The notes under the pieces are model-generated. The model was not told the DNA's origin. It was given only the letters and a program-made list of their open reading frames with translations, and searched no databases. This document shows positions 29,439 to 42,200 of a DNA stretch of 64,000 bases, piece by piece. Source of the DNA: Scenedesmus sp. PABB004 (lineage: Eukaryota). Both the position numbers and the translations under genes were made by a program. The stretch is from assembly GCA_014905635.1 (NCBI GenBank), contig JABVCE010000028.1:434001-498000 (forward strand). Reading direction: 5' to 3'. How positions within the stretch are numbered: the first letter of the stretch is position 1; each line of letters starts with the position of its first letter.

Positions 29439-29831
29439 TCACTCGTCGTCGTCATCGGAACCGTCGTCGTCGTCATCCGAGTCGTCACCCAGGTAGTCGT
29501 CGTATACTACGTAGTTGCGGCGCAGCCTGCTCATGAGCGCCAGGAACGGTCAACTTACAAGAATGTCAGCAGCGACGTCAGCAGCAACGGCCTCAATGAA
29601 GCGCTGCCGCGCCAGCTCCCTGGCCGCCAACTGTGTCGTGCTCGCGGCCGCGTCGCTGGTCGTGAGGGTCTGGCCGCCACCGCGCTTGCTGCCGCGCTTG
29701 CCGGGGGGCTTGCCGCCGCGCTTGCCGCCGCGCTTGCCGCTGCCCTTGCCCGCCCGCACGACCACCGCCTGGCGCCGCGCCGGGGCGGGCGGCGCGGGCG
29801 CGCTGCGCGCGCGCACGAGCGTCGAGAGCAT
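29439..29831 (-). CDS. Putative small plastid-targeted basic/acidic protein; in-frame TGA at 29550-29552 followed by an acidic tail
   Basis: Transit-peptide-like MLSTLVRARSAPAPPAPARRQAVVVRA, then GKRG repeats. After the TGA the same frame reads PFLALMSRLRRNYVVYDDYLGDDSDDDDGSDDDDE*. Confidence 0.4.
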
Positions 29832-30067
29832 GTCGCCGGTGGCCCCTGCCCTGAGGGCAGGCAGGGAGAGAATGGGAGGGGCGGCAGCGGACTGCTGGGC
29901 CGCCTGGGAAGCAGCACGATGGTGGCACAGATGGCGGCGCTGAACCGCCGCGTGTCTGTGCCAGCCCGCGCCTCACTTCTCTCCCCCACTGCGCAGCGGT
30001 GCTCCCACAACTCCCAGCCCGCCGCCCATCAACTCCCACCGCACCACCCCATCCACAACCAGCCTCG

Positions 30068-30322
30068 ATGCAGCCCGCCGGCGGCCAGGGCGGCGGCAAG
30101 GCCACCCCGATGACCGCGGACGCCGCCGCGCTCATCCAGAGCGCCGAGGCCAGGGCCAGCGGCGGCCAGGTGCGCGCTGGCACGGCCGCCGCACGTGTGC
30201 ACGCGCGGGCCGCACGCTGAGCTGCCGCCGCCCTGCCGTGCGCGCCCCAGGTGGCCGCGGGCGGCTTTGCCGCGCGCGCCCAGTCGGCGGCGGCGCACAA
30301 CGCGCAGGGCGCCAAGAAGTGA
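30068..30322 (+). CDS. SMP-domain (seed maturation protein / LEA-like) mini-protein, 57 aa, 2 exons (30068-30169, 30251-30322)
   Basis: Spliced product MQPAGGQGGGKATPMTADAAALIQSAEARASGGQVAAGGFAARAQSAAAHNAQGAKK matches the SMP consensus T..DA..IQSAE.R..GG....GG.AA.AQSAA..N. Canonical phase-0 GT-AG intron. Confidence 0.85.
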
Positions 30323-30491
30323 GGCGCGGCGGTGCCTCGAGTTGGCGGCTGGCTGCGGTGTTGCGTTGGGCCAGGTGGTGAGGGAGCCTGAGTTGCAGGT
30401 CACACGCCTCGAGGCGGAAGCTCCCGCCTGCTGGTTAACAGAGCCAGCAGCGGCGGCCGCCCGCGCCGGTGCCAGCACTCGCCCAGCGCGC

Positions 30492-33165
30492 TCACCCCAG
30501 CATCGCCCTGGCCGCTGCGAGCACGCCGCCCGCCGCGCCCCACGAGCCGCCGGCGCCGCCGCCGCCAGCGGCGGCCTCGAGCTCCGGCGGCAGCAGGCCC
30601 TCCCCCGGCGCCGCGAGCAGCGGCGAGTCCAGGACGGCAAACCCTGCCGCGACGCCGCCCTCGTTTGAGCTCGCCGTCTTGGTGCGCACGAGGTGGCCGA
30701 CCTCCTCGTTGATCACCACCTGCGCGCGCGCGCACCACCACAGGGCGGCTCTCTTGAGCGCGCGCGGCGCGGGCCGAAGGCGCCTGCAGCCGCCGAGCAG
30801 CGCGCCGAGCGCCCGCCGCGCGCCCGCGCGCGCCCGCCGCGCGCCCGCCGCGCGCCGCACTGCGCACCCGGTCGCCGACGCGGAGGAAGGTCCCAAAGAT
30901 GCCCAGCTCGCTCAGGCTCGCGTCCTCGACCGCCGCGCCGCCGCGCACAAACACGCTGCGCTGCGGCGGCGGCTGGATGCGCTGCATGAGGATGTACGCC
31001 GACAGACCGCCGCCGCCGCCGCCAGGGCTCTGGCCCTCGCTGCCGCCAGGGCTCTGGGCCCCCTCGGCGCCGCCCGCAGCGGCCGCGGCGGCGTGCTGCG
31101 CCAGCCCGGCGCGCAGCGCGGCGGCGAGCTCGTCGCCGTACAGGTTGTTGCCGCCGCCCTCGCGCTGCGGCTTGAGCACATACCCCGCCGGCGCGGCCAG
31201 CGCGTCGGCGACGACCGCGGCGGTCGCGGGGTCGGACGGGTCGTCGAGCGACCACAGGCCTGGCGCGCGGCAGGGACGCCGGCGGCGCGGTGGGGCGGCG
31301 GCGCGGCCGAGGCAGGTGTGCCAGGGCGGCGCGCGCGCGCGCGCGTGCGGCGCGCGAGCCGGCGGCGTCGGCCCACACCTGCGAAGAGCTTGCGCAGCGC
31401 CGCGCCTTCGGTGTCGCCGAGGAAGCGCTCGACCACGCCCGGCGCGGCGAGGTCCTGTTGCACCTTCTTGCACCCCGCCAGCTGGTACGCGGCGGTCGGG
31501 CACTTGGCCGCGGTGCTGCGCTCGATGAGCAGCCGCGCCTGCGCGCGGCGGCGGGTCGCGGCGCCCGCGCGGCAGCGGCCGCGCGCCGCGCCGTGCTGCC
31601 CCGCGGGGCGGCGCAGCAGGGCAGGGAGCTGCCGCACCTCCCACTCGCGCTCGGTGGGGTAGTCGTCTGGCGTGTAGCCCGCCCGATAGTAGACCAGCCC
31701 CACCGGCGCGCCGCCGTCGCGCAGCGTCAGGCGCTCCGCGCCCGCGCCGGGCGCGCCACGCGGCGCGGGCTGCAGCGCGAGCACGTCGGGCACCTCCGCG
31801 AGGCTCAGGCGGCGCGTCGCGACGCCGTGGCGCTCCCACAGCTCGTGCTGCAGCCACTGCGTCCCACGGCGGCGGCGGCGGCGCCGGCGGCGCGCGCCCA
31901 GGTGGGTTCCCCGCCCCGGCCGCCGCGCGGCGCGCCGCCCCGCCATCCGGTGCCCCGCCGGGCGTCAGCCCCGCCGGGCTTCGGCCCCGCCGGGGGTCCG
32001 CCCGCACCTGCTGGTCGTACGCGTTGCGCTCGCCCGGCTGCACGATCATCACCATCACCGCGCCCGGGCCGCCGCCGGCCTCCGTCGCGGCCGCGAGCGC
32101 GGCGGCGATGCCGGCCATGGCCCCGTTGGACGGCAGCCGCGCCGGTGCGAGCAGCCCCGCCGGCACGCCGCCGCCGCCGGCGCCGCCGGCCGATGCGGCG
32201 GCGCCGGCGAGGCGGCCGAGCGTGTAGGTGTGCAGCTGCGTGGTGATGCTGCTCAGGCAGGCGAACGAGGCAGCAATGGTGTTGAGCTCGACCTGCCGGC
32301 GGCGCCGCGCGGCGGCGCGAGCGGCGGGGTCGCGCGGGCACGCGGCGGCGGCGCCGCCGCCGCGGGGCGCATCCCTCGCTCCCGCCCCGGCGCGTGGGCG
32401 GGCGCGGCCGCGGCCGCCGCCGCGCCTGCAGGAAGCCGCCGCTGGGGCATCGAGCATGTAGTCACAGCGGTGCACGCCCAGCACGACGTGCGGCGCGCCC
32501 GCCGCCGCCGCCGCGGCGCGCGCGGGCGCGCTGTCGCGCAGCAGCGCGAGCAGGCGGCCCGTGAACGCGTCGCTGCGCGCCGCGGCGGCGAGCGTCGCGG
32601 AGAGGTAGGCCTCGTCGGCGGCGACGCGGTCGAGCAGCGTGTTGAGCGTGCGCTGCAGCGCCTTGGCCTGCGCGACAGGGGCGCGCCGGGCGCGGCGGCG
32701 GCGGCGCGGGCGTCAGGGCAGCGGGCGGCTCGCGCCGGCCGCGGGGCGGCTCGCGCCGGGCGGCGAGAGGCGGGGCGCGGCGGGCGGGCGCGCCTGTTTG
32801 AAGCGCGCCTCCGGGAACGCGACGGGCAGCAGCGACAGCGGCGCGTGCACGATCGCGGCCGGCGGCGCCGAGCCGCCGAGGCCGACCACCTGCGTGGCCC
32901 AGCGGCGCGGCGTCAGCCCGGGAGCAACGCGCGGCGTTGCCGCCGCCGCCGCGCGGCGCCACCGACCCACCAGGCCGTGCTGGCTGGCCCACACGATGGC
33001 GTCCTCCGCCAGGGCGTCCAGGCCGCGCTGCTGCGCGGCGCCGGGCGCCGCGGCCATGGCCGCCGCGCGCCGGCGACCGCGGCAGCGCTCGGCGGCGGCG
33101 GCTCGCCGCGGCGCGGCGACGGCGGGCGGCTGGGCGCGCGTCGACGTCCCGGCGTGGAGGCGCAT
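30492..33165 (-). CDS. GSH2: Glutathione synthetase (eukaryotic ATP-grasp type), multi-exon; apparent 1-nt deletion at 32444-32447
   Basis: Motifs [104 protein letters not shown]. An upstream in-frame ATG (33165) adds a transit-like peptide before the ATG at 33057. Confidence 0.95.
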
Positions 33166-33623
33166 GCGAGCGAGGGCGGCTGGGCCCGTAGGAGTGCGCC
33201 TGCCTCGCGCCGACTCCCGAGCAGCAGCGGCGGCGCCGAGTGTGGCGTGCGCAGAGAAAGAGAGGGCGGCCGCGACGGCTGTGTGAGGCGGGGCTTCCCG
33301 TCGTCGCACTGTCGCGAGGAGTTCAGGGCCACAAGGATCCGCCAGCGAGCGCAGCGCGCAAAAACCGCGCGACAGCACTCTCGCACCGCCCATTGCGTCC
33401 CCCGCCGTGAACGCCGCCAGCTTTTCGGCCCCCCGGCGGCACCACGGCGAGTACCGCACGCTGCAGGCGCTCGCGGGAGCGACAGCGCGCAGGGCGCAGC
33501 AGCAGGGGCGCTCGCTGCATCGCGCTGCGGCCCGCCTCGCCCCGCCGCGCGACCGGCCATCCCGGCCGCGTCGTCGTCCCGGGACGGCGGCGCGGTGGAC
33601 ATGAGCTAGCGCCGCACGGCTCG

Positions 33624-36600
33624 ATGGAGCGGCGCAACGCCGCCGGCGCCGCTCCGCGCGGCGCGGGCGGCCAGGAGCCGGAGGAGGCGCCGCTGGCGCC
33701 GCTGGCGCGCCGGCAGGAGGAGGCTGCCGGCGCGGGGCGCGCGACCGCGTGCGGGCTGCCGGCGGACCTGGCGTGCGGCGCCAGCGGCGAGCGCGCGGCG
33801 GCGCCGCTGCAGCGGCCCCACGCCGACGCGCCGGGCGCGGCGCTGGAGCCGCAGCAGGCGCTGGCGGCGTGGGAGCAGCAGCCGCAGCAGCACCAGCAGC
33901 AGCACCAGCAGCCGGCACGGCGCAGCAGCGGCAGCGCCGGCGCGGCGTCCGGCAGCGGCGGCAGCGGCGGCGGCGGCGCGCCGCGCGCGCCGCCCGGCAG
34001 CGGCTGGCAGCCGGGGCGGCGCGAGGTGGGCTTCAGCGTGTGCGCGCCGGGCGGCGGCGCGCCGGAGCAGCCGCCGGGCTCGCCGCGCGCGCAGCCGCCG
34101 CCGGGCTGCGCCAGGGCCGGCGGCGCCGTCGCGCCCGGGCTCGCCGCGCGGCTGCAGGCCGCAGAGCAGGCGGCGACGGGGCGCTACGACAGCAGCAGCT
34201 GGGCGGCGGCCGAGGCAGAGGCCATCCAGGCGGACATAGAGGCCGCCGCCGCCGCGGCGCGGCTGGCGCGGCTGCGCGAGGAGGCAGAGGCGGAGCAGCG
34301 GCGGCAGCGGGAGCGCGCCGCGGTGGCGGCCGTCTCGCGCGCGGCGGCCGAGCAGCACCAGCACCAGCTGGGCGGCGGTGCGCTGGGGCTGCGGGCCAAG
34401 CAGCCTGGCGCGCGGCGCCCTCGCGCGGTCGAGCTTGGCAGCGGCAGCGGCAGCGGCAGCGGCAGCGGCAGCGGCAGCGGCAGCGGCGGCGGCGGCGGCG
34501 GCGGCGCCGAGCTCCACGTGCCGGCTGGGCCCGCCGCAGCCGACAGCGCGCCCTGCGCCGCAGGCGAGCCGGAGCCCGGCGCGGCCGGCGCGCCGGGCGC
34601 GGCGCCCGACCTGCTGCTGAGCCTGGTGGTTGCCGGCAGTCTCTTCCCACGCAGCCGCGGCAGCAGCCCGCAGCCCGGCCCGCCGGCGGCGCAGCCGGCT
34701 GCGAGCCCGGCCGCCCGGCTGGGCAGCACGGCGGCGTCCGCGCGCGAGGCGGTGCCATCGCTGCCGCGGCCCCCGCAGCTGCAGCGCTCGCAGACGAGCC
34801 CCACGCGGCCGGGCGGCGCCGGCGCCGCGCCGCTGCAGCGCTCCGCGACGGGCGGCACCAGGCAGGGCGAGCAGCGCCCCGCCTGGAACGGCAGCGTCAA
34901 GCCGCCGCGCAGTCCGGGGGCGAGCAGCCCTGGTGGCGTCCCGCGCCACTCGCTGTCCCCCGCTCGCCTGGCGGGGGCCCGCCCCACGGCGAGCGGCCGC
35001 CCTGGGGCTTTGGTGGCGGCGCGCGCGCGCACGCCGCGAGCCACCTCGCGCCAACGAGCGCGCCGTGGAGTGCGCAGGCGGCCGCCCACGGCGGCCAGGC
35101 ACCCGAGCCGGCTTCCCCGCGCACTGGCAGCGGCAGGCGCGCCAGGGGAGGCGGCGGCCTCGGCCGCGGCGAGCCAGGGGACGACGTGGACTCTCTGCTG
35201 CCGCCTGATGCGGTGATGACCATTCTGCGCAGTGCCACGGGCTCGCCGGCATGCTCGCGGCCCGCCAGCCGCGGCGCCAGCGGGTGCGGCGCCGCGGCGA
35301 GCGAGGCGCCGCAGCCCTGCGGGCGCAGCAGCGGCGTGGCCGGCAGTGCCTGCGCCGGCGCCGCTGCACCGGCTCCCGCGCCCAGCAACGGCGCCAGCAC
35401 CTGCGACAGCGGCGTCGCGCCCGGCGGCACCAGCAGCGACGCCTCGTCCGGCGGCAGCGACGGCGCGGGCGAGGACGGCCCGGCCCCCGCAGCGGCCGCG
35501 ACGGCCGGCGCTGGGGGCGCGCGGCGCGGCCTGCAGCGGCAGGCGGGCCTCGCGCCGCCGGCGGCGGGGCTGCCGGCGGTCGCAGCAGCTGCGGACCGCG
35601 GCGGGAGCGGGTCTACTGCAGCAACGGTCGAGGAGCTGCTGCTCAGCCCGCTGGACAGCACCGTGGATAGGGCCCTGCTCCTGCGCACTGTGTCGCAGCA
35701 GTCGCTGCCGGACGACGAGGCCGGCGCGCCCGGCGCCGCCGCGACCGCCGCCGCCGCGGCCGCGGCGCGTGCGCCGGGCGTGGCTGCCGCGCTGCAGGGC
35801 CTCGCCGGTCTGGAGGCGCTCGCGCTGGGGCAGCAGGACGTGGAGCTGCAGGTGTCGGCGGCGTCGGGCGCGGCGCCGGGCACCAGCCCGCACTTTTTCC
35901 TGTCGCTCAGCCAGTCCATGTCATGCTCCCCGCCAAGGGACGACGGCAGCGCGCCCGGGCCGGCGCAGGCGGCAGCGGCCGCCGGCGGCCGCCGGGCACG
36001 CGGTGCGCCCGCCGCGCCCGCCGCGGCGCCGGCACGCGCCGCTGGCGCCGCGCAGCTCGAGGCGCGCGCGCAGGCGGCTCTGCAGCAGGGGCGGCAGGCG
36101 CTCGCCCGCGTGCAGGGTAGCGCGCAGCAGGCCAGCGCTGCGGAGAGCGCCGGCACGGCCGCGGCCGGCGCGGGCAGGGCGCGTGGTGGGGGCACGGGTG
36201 GGGGCGACGCCGCCGGCGCTGCCAAGGCGCCGGCGCTGCCGGGGCACCAGCGCCTGGCACAGCTGATCCCTGTCAAGCCGCCGCCTCGGCAGCAGCAGAT
36301 GCCGGCGCGCATCCTCACCTGGGGCGGCTCACCGACGGGGTCGCCGCAGCTCGCCGACGGCAGGCACGACGCACCTGTGGCCGCGCCGGCGCCAGCCGCG
36401 CGCCTGCTCGCCTGGGCGGGCGCCGGCGCCGGCGGCGCCGGCCTGAGCAGCAGCCTGCCGGCGCCGGCGCCGGCGCTGGCGAGCCAGCCCGTGCAGATTG
36501 TGCGGCAGGGCAGCGGCGGCCGGCCCGGCAGCCAGGGCAGGGGCCGCGCGGAGCTGGCCGCGCTCATTGCGCAGGACAGCTGCATCACCAGCAGCTTCAA

Positions 36601-36905
36601 GAGGGCGCTGCTGGACAGCATCTGCAGCGGCGACGCGGCGGAGCCAGACGGCGGCGGCGGCGAGGCGCAGCAGGAGCGCGGCGCGCGGCCCGGGCACGCG
36701 CGCGCGGCGGCGGCCGCCGCCGCGGCGACACAGCAGGCCGCCTGGCGGCAGCAGCAGCAGCTCGACGCCATCGACGAGCGGGGGCAGGTGACGACGGTGC
36801 TGGCCTTCTCATTCCCCCGCACGTCCAGCAGCCCGGCCTTTGGCGGGCGAGCCCACCTGGCGCCATCGCTGCCAGGCGGTGGTGGCAGCTCGAGCTCGCT
36901 GGCGG

Positions 36906-36936
<31 letters not shown>

Positions 36937-38219
36937 GGCGCAGCACCAGCTGCAGCAGCGGCGCGGCATGCCGCCGCCGGGCACGCCACCGGCTCGCGGC
37001 GGCGCTTGGCCGCGGGGCGCCGGCGCCCGGGCGGCGCGGGGGGTGGCGCCGGGCATCCTGGGCGCAGAGCCCATGCTGCGGCTGTCGCGCAGCACCGGCA
37101 ACCTGCGGCGCGACGCGCAGCTCAGCAGCAGCGCGTCCGGTGTGGCCCTGCTGGGCGAGGCGAGCAGCCCGGGCGGCGCCGCCGGCCTGGCCGCCGCGGT
37201 GGGGCACGGCGCGCGGCGGCAGCTGGCGGGGGCGCGCGCGGGCGGCAGCCCGCAGCAGCTGCCCGTCCTGCTGTCGCAGACCTGGACGCCCGACGCGTCG
37301 TCGGCGCTCACGGCAGCCGTGGGCACCGCCAGCTTTGCTGCCAGCACGCAGCAGCAGCACCGCCAGCGCCAGGCCGCGGCGCTGGACGCGCAGTGGCAGC
37401 AGTCGCAGCAGCGGCACCAGCAGCGCCTCGCCGCGGCGGCGGGCAGCGCCCCCGGCGCGCAGCCGCCGGCGCCCGCGGCTGTGGTGCCCGCGCCGGCGGG
37501 CAAGCGGCAGGGGCTGCTGTCCGCCCAGATGCGGCGCAGCGCGGGTGGCAGCCCGCCCTTGCTGCAGCAGCTGCAACCGGCGCAGCTGGGCAGTGGGAGC
37601 CCCGCCGCCGAGGGCCGCGTGCGCGGGAACCGTGGCGCGGCTGCGCTGCTGGGCCTGCCGCCCTCGCTGCCCACGCACGGAGTGCTGGCTGCCCTGCATG
37701 CGGAGCAGCAGGCGCAGGCCAACCGCAGGGCCCGCGTGTCGTGGGCGGACGGCGCGGACGACACCGCGCCGTGCGGGCCCAGCAGCTGCGGCAGCAGCGG
37801 CAGCGGCGTGGGCGCCGGCGCGCTCGCCAGCCCCCTGAGCCCTCGCAGCCCCAGGCCAGCAGGCGCGAGCGCGCGCCCGCCGCCAGCGCCGCCGGGCAAG
37901 CTGCGGCGCGGCGGGGGCGGCGGCCTGGGGATGCGCGGCTCCAAGAGCTGCGGCGACCTGGTCGCGGCCGCGGGCCAGGCGGCGGACGCCGCCGGCGCGG
38001 CGGCGCCGGGGGCCCTCGCCAGCCCGCGCGGCGCGCAGCCTGCGGAGCAGGAGCAGGAGCAGCAGCGCGGCAGCGTGCTCATCCAGGCCTTTGCTGCCAA
38101 GGGCGCGCAGGCGGCGGCCGCCGCCGCCGCAGGCCGGGCGGGCCCCGCGCCCGCCGGCGCGCGCCGCCCGGACGGCGGCGGCGAGGCGCGCGCGGCCGTC
38201 GTGGGCGGGCCGCCCAGCC

Positions 38220-38255
<36 letters not shown>

Positions 38256-38797
38256 CCGCGCTCGCGGTGCCGGCCGGCCCCGCGCGGCGCGGCGCGCCCG
38301 GCCGCAGCCTCGCGCGCTCCGCGCCCGCGGCCAGCGGGCTGCTCAGCTGCTCGTGGCACGAGATTGAGCCCCTCGCAGATGAGGACGAGCCTCTGGCGCG
38401 CGGCGCGCCGCGCCGCGCCGGCCGCCCCGGGCCCCCGGGCGTGGCCGGGCTGTACAGCTTCCAAGGCAACTTTTACGGCAGCGCGGCCGGCGCCCCAGGC
38501 CCGGCCGCGGCGGCGCCGGCGGCGCCGCCGCCCGCCGGCCCGCGCGCGGGCGCGGCGCCGCCGCGTGCCGCGCCGCCCAGCGCCGGAGGCGGCGGGTTCT
38601 TCGATGTCGAGTGGTGGCGCCGCGCCGCGTGCGCCGCGGCGGCGGCGGCGGCGGCGGCGGCCATGCGCAGCGCGGCGGCGGCACCCGCGCCGCCGCAGCT
38701 CGACCTCAGCGCCCTGCAGCTGCTGGGCGCCGAGCCGTCCGCCGGGCCCGGCGGGGAGCTCCGTCGCGCGCTGGGCGTGCTGGGCGCGCGGCACTAG
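33624..38797 (+). CDS. Large low-complexity, intrinsically disordered hypothetical protein (~1700 aa, apparently intronless; frameshift at G-run 34973-34977)
   Basis: Two long overlapping ORFs (33624-35216 and 33749-38797) with chlorophyte-like A/G/S/Q/P composition. The protein-like reading switches frame at GGGGG. TGTAA at 39119. Confidence 0.6.
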
Positions 38798-39211
38798 TTT
38801 CCGCGCGCGGGCCCAGTTTTTCGACGGCTCGGATGGGGGGCGAGAGGCGGCGAGCAGGGACTGGGGCGGCGGTCACAAGCGGGGTTCTGCAGGATGCCGC
38901 CGCGTGGCGCTTTTGGGGGCATGTTGTTTGCGTCGCGCGGCAGCGAGTGCCGTGCGGGCGCGCCTAGCAGGTGGTGCGTGTGCGATTTTCGTTCCTCCTA
39001 GCGCTCCCTCATCCTCGTTTGTTTGCGGGAGCAGCGGCAGCAGAGCGTCACTGCGGCGTCAACCCCGGCAGCACGGCGGCGATGCGGAGGGCTGCCGCGC
39101 CGCTTTTGCCGGCCCCGATGTAACCCGCCGGACCGTGGGGCAGCCGCGCGCGCCAGGGCGCTGCACCAGGCGGCGGCGGCGCCCGCGCCGCGGCTGAGTG
39201 CGGCGGCCGCC

Positions 39212-42200
39212 ATGGAGGGCCACCGTGCGAGAAGGCGCGTGCGTGTCCTCAACGTCCTCCGCTACCGCCTCACGCCGCGCGCCAAGCCGTGCTGGCCCGC
39301 CGAGGTGTGCGGGCGGCGGCAGCAGCAGCGGCGGCGGTCGGCGGGCCGCCGCGCAGCCAGCGGACGGCAGCAGCCCGGGTGGAGCCGCAGAGGGATCCAG
39401 CTCACCCGCGCGCTGCCGCCGCGCCCGCCGTCGCAGCCGCCCGCGCCCACGGACGCTGCGGGTGCGGCAGTGTGCGCAGCGCTGGCGGGCTGCCAGCTGC
39501 ACGTGCAGCTCCGCGGCGCGAGCGGCCTGCCGGCGTGCGGCTGGGACGGCGGCTGCAGTGCGTACGCGACGGTGGCGTTCGACGGGGCCACCCACCGCAC
39601 CGCGGTGGTGAAGCACACGACCTCGCCCGACTGGTCGCGCTTCCGCGCGTCGTTCGACCCCGCCGCCGCGCTCGCAGCGGTGGCGGCGGGCCAGGCGGCG
39701 GGCCAGGCGCTGGCGCTGCGCTTCGAGGCGCGGCGCCGCGCGCGCGGCGGCGGGCGGGCGCCGTGGCGGTGGGCGCTGGGGCCACGCGGCCGGGGCCCGG
39801 CGTGCCCGCGACGCCCGGCCGCGCCGCCGCCGCAGGTGTGGCACACTGACCGCATGGGATCCATCTTCCTTGGGCAGGCGCACGTGCGGCTGCGGTGAGC
39901 TCGGGCGCGCGCCCGGCGGCAGCGGCCGAGGTCGGCCGCGGCGCGCTGCGCCGGTGCCGAGGGCCGCGCCGAGGCTCCATGTGCGTGCTGCGCGCCGCGA
40001 CCGCAGGCACCTAGACCTGGCCGGCGGCGACGTGCACAAGCTCGCGCTGCCGCTGGTGCTGCCGGGCGCGGCGGGCGGGAGCACGTCGCAGCACGGCACG
40101 CTCACGGTCGCCGTCTGGCTCACGCCCGCCGCCGGCGACGACGCGGCAGGCGACAGCGGCGCCGCTGCCGGCGGCGGCGGCGGCGCTGCCGTCAGCGGCG
40201 CGGCCGCCAGCGGCGGCGCGGCGGCCGCGGCGCTGCACGAGCCGCGCACGTTTAACCTGGTCGCCCCGGGCGCGGGCCGGGGGCAGCTGCCCGCGGTGCA
40301 CGTCAGCGACAAGGGCGCCGTGTATGAGCTTCCCTGCGCAGTGGTCGTGAAGCTCTCGCTGGCGGGGCTGGTCGGCCTGCAGGCCCTGGTGGGCGCGCAC
40401 GACGGCGGCGGCGGCGGCGCGCCGGGCGCGCCGCGCGGCCGCAGCGCCGTGCGCAGCGCCAGGCGCGCGGCGGCCGAGGCGCTGCTGCTGGAGACCGAGC
40501 GCGAGGCGGCGGCGGCGGCCGCGGCCGACGGCGACGGCGACGGCGGGCTTGGCGCCGGCGGCGGCGTCACCGCGGCGCTGCAGCTGCTCAAGGCGTCCAA
40601 GCGCGGTGCGGCGGCGCGCGCCCGCGCCGCGGCAGCGTGCGGGAGGGGAGGGGCGTGGCTCGCGCGGGCGCCGCCGGGTCGCTCACACCGCGCACGCGCG
40701 CCCGCACGCCGCCAGGCGCCGGCCTGCGCGCCGCCAGCTCTGCGGCCATCAGCTTCAACGAAGATGAGCAGGCCCAGGACGACCGGGAGCTGGAGGCGCT
40801 CATGCGCGACTCGCTCGCGCAGGGCGGCGCTGGCGACGCGGGCGACGGCGACGCGGCCGCGCCGGGCGCAGCGGCGGAGCCGCCGTGCGCGGCGGCGTGC
40901 GCCGCGCCGTGCGCGGTGGCGGGGACCGGCAAGTTCGTTTACTTCAAGGTGCGCCCGCGCTGACTGGCGCACCTGGGGGGAGGGCGGGGGGAGCGGGGGC
41001 TGCGCACGCCAGCGCCGGTGCGACGCCGCGCCGCCGTCCCGCCGCAGGTCAACTACGGCGAGCAGTGCCAGGCGAGCGACCTGCACGCGCTGCCCGCGAG
41101 CGGCCACCTGGCGCTGCGGCGGCTGAGCTTCCTGTTTGCCGACGAGCGCCCGCTGGGCGGCCGCGAGGTGGCGGTGCGCGCGTACCTCACGCGCGCGCGC
41201 TCCGCGCGCGGCCGCCTCCTCGGGGGCTTCACCTGCCAGCTCGCCGACCTGCTGGCAGACTGCGGCGACGCGGCGGCGCGCCTGGCGGCGGACCGCGGCC
41301 TCGCAGCCCGCCTCGCGCTGCCCGGCGACGGGCCGGAGTTTGTGCGGTGCGCCCTCGCGGCCGCGGCGGCGCCGCCGCGGGAGCGGCGCGCCGCGCCGGC
41401 GTGCCTCGCGTGGCGCGACTCGAACGGCGTGTTTGCGCTGCCCGCGCTCGCGCGCCCGCTCGTGGGCGGCGCGGGCCTCGGCACGCTGCTGCTGCACGCG
41501 GGGCTGGCAGACCTTGACGGGCGCGCAGAGCTGCACGGCGTGCCGCTGTTCACCGCGGCAGTGACGGCTGCGGCGGCGAGCCGTGCAGCGATGCTGGAGC
41601 AGTCACTGGCGGCGGCGCAGCTGCAGCGGCAGCCGCAGGAGCGGCGGCTGGAGCAGGGGCAGCACGCCCAGCCGCAGCTGGCGGGTCTGGCTGGCCAGGC
41701 AGCAGCAGGCGGCGGCTGGGACGACGCCACGCCGGCCAGGGACCAGGTGGCGCCCGCAGCGGGCGGGAGCACCACCGACGACTCCGGCCAGGAAGCCTGC
41801 CAGCGCATCGAGAACGGCGGCCTGCTGAGCAGCCCCTTTGCTGCCTGCGCGCCCGCCTGCGCCGGCTGCGAGCCCGCCGCTGGCTTGGAGGGCCCGCCCT
41901 CACTGCTCGAGCCCGGCCCCGTCGGCAGCCTGCGCTCCCCGCGCGGGCGGTCGTCAGATGGCGGCCCCTTTGCGGCCAGCCCCGGCGCGTCGCTGGGCGG
42001 GACGGGCTCGCTCTCGGACGCGCCCGGCGCGCGCGCCACGTCAATGTGTGAGCCCATCCCCGAGGAGGAGGGGTCGGCCGACACGCACTCGGCGACGGGC
42101 TCGGGGCGCCGGGGGCAGCAGCCCGGCGGCGCGCCCGGGGCGAGCAGGCGGCGCAGCTTCCTCGCGGCGCTGCGCGACCTCAACCTGAACCGCGCCGGCA

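Noticed and set aside
29550..29552. Selenocysteine codon
   Set aside because: There is no redox motif context and no recognisable SECIS downstream. Kept only as an unexplained in-frame stop.
34897..38469. 1190-aa antisense ORF overlapping the disordered gene
   Set aside because: It is the shadow of the GC-rich sense ORF (CAG/CTG mirror) and has no independent protein-like features.
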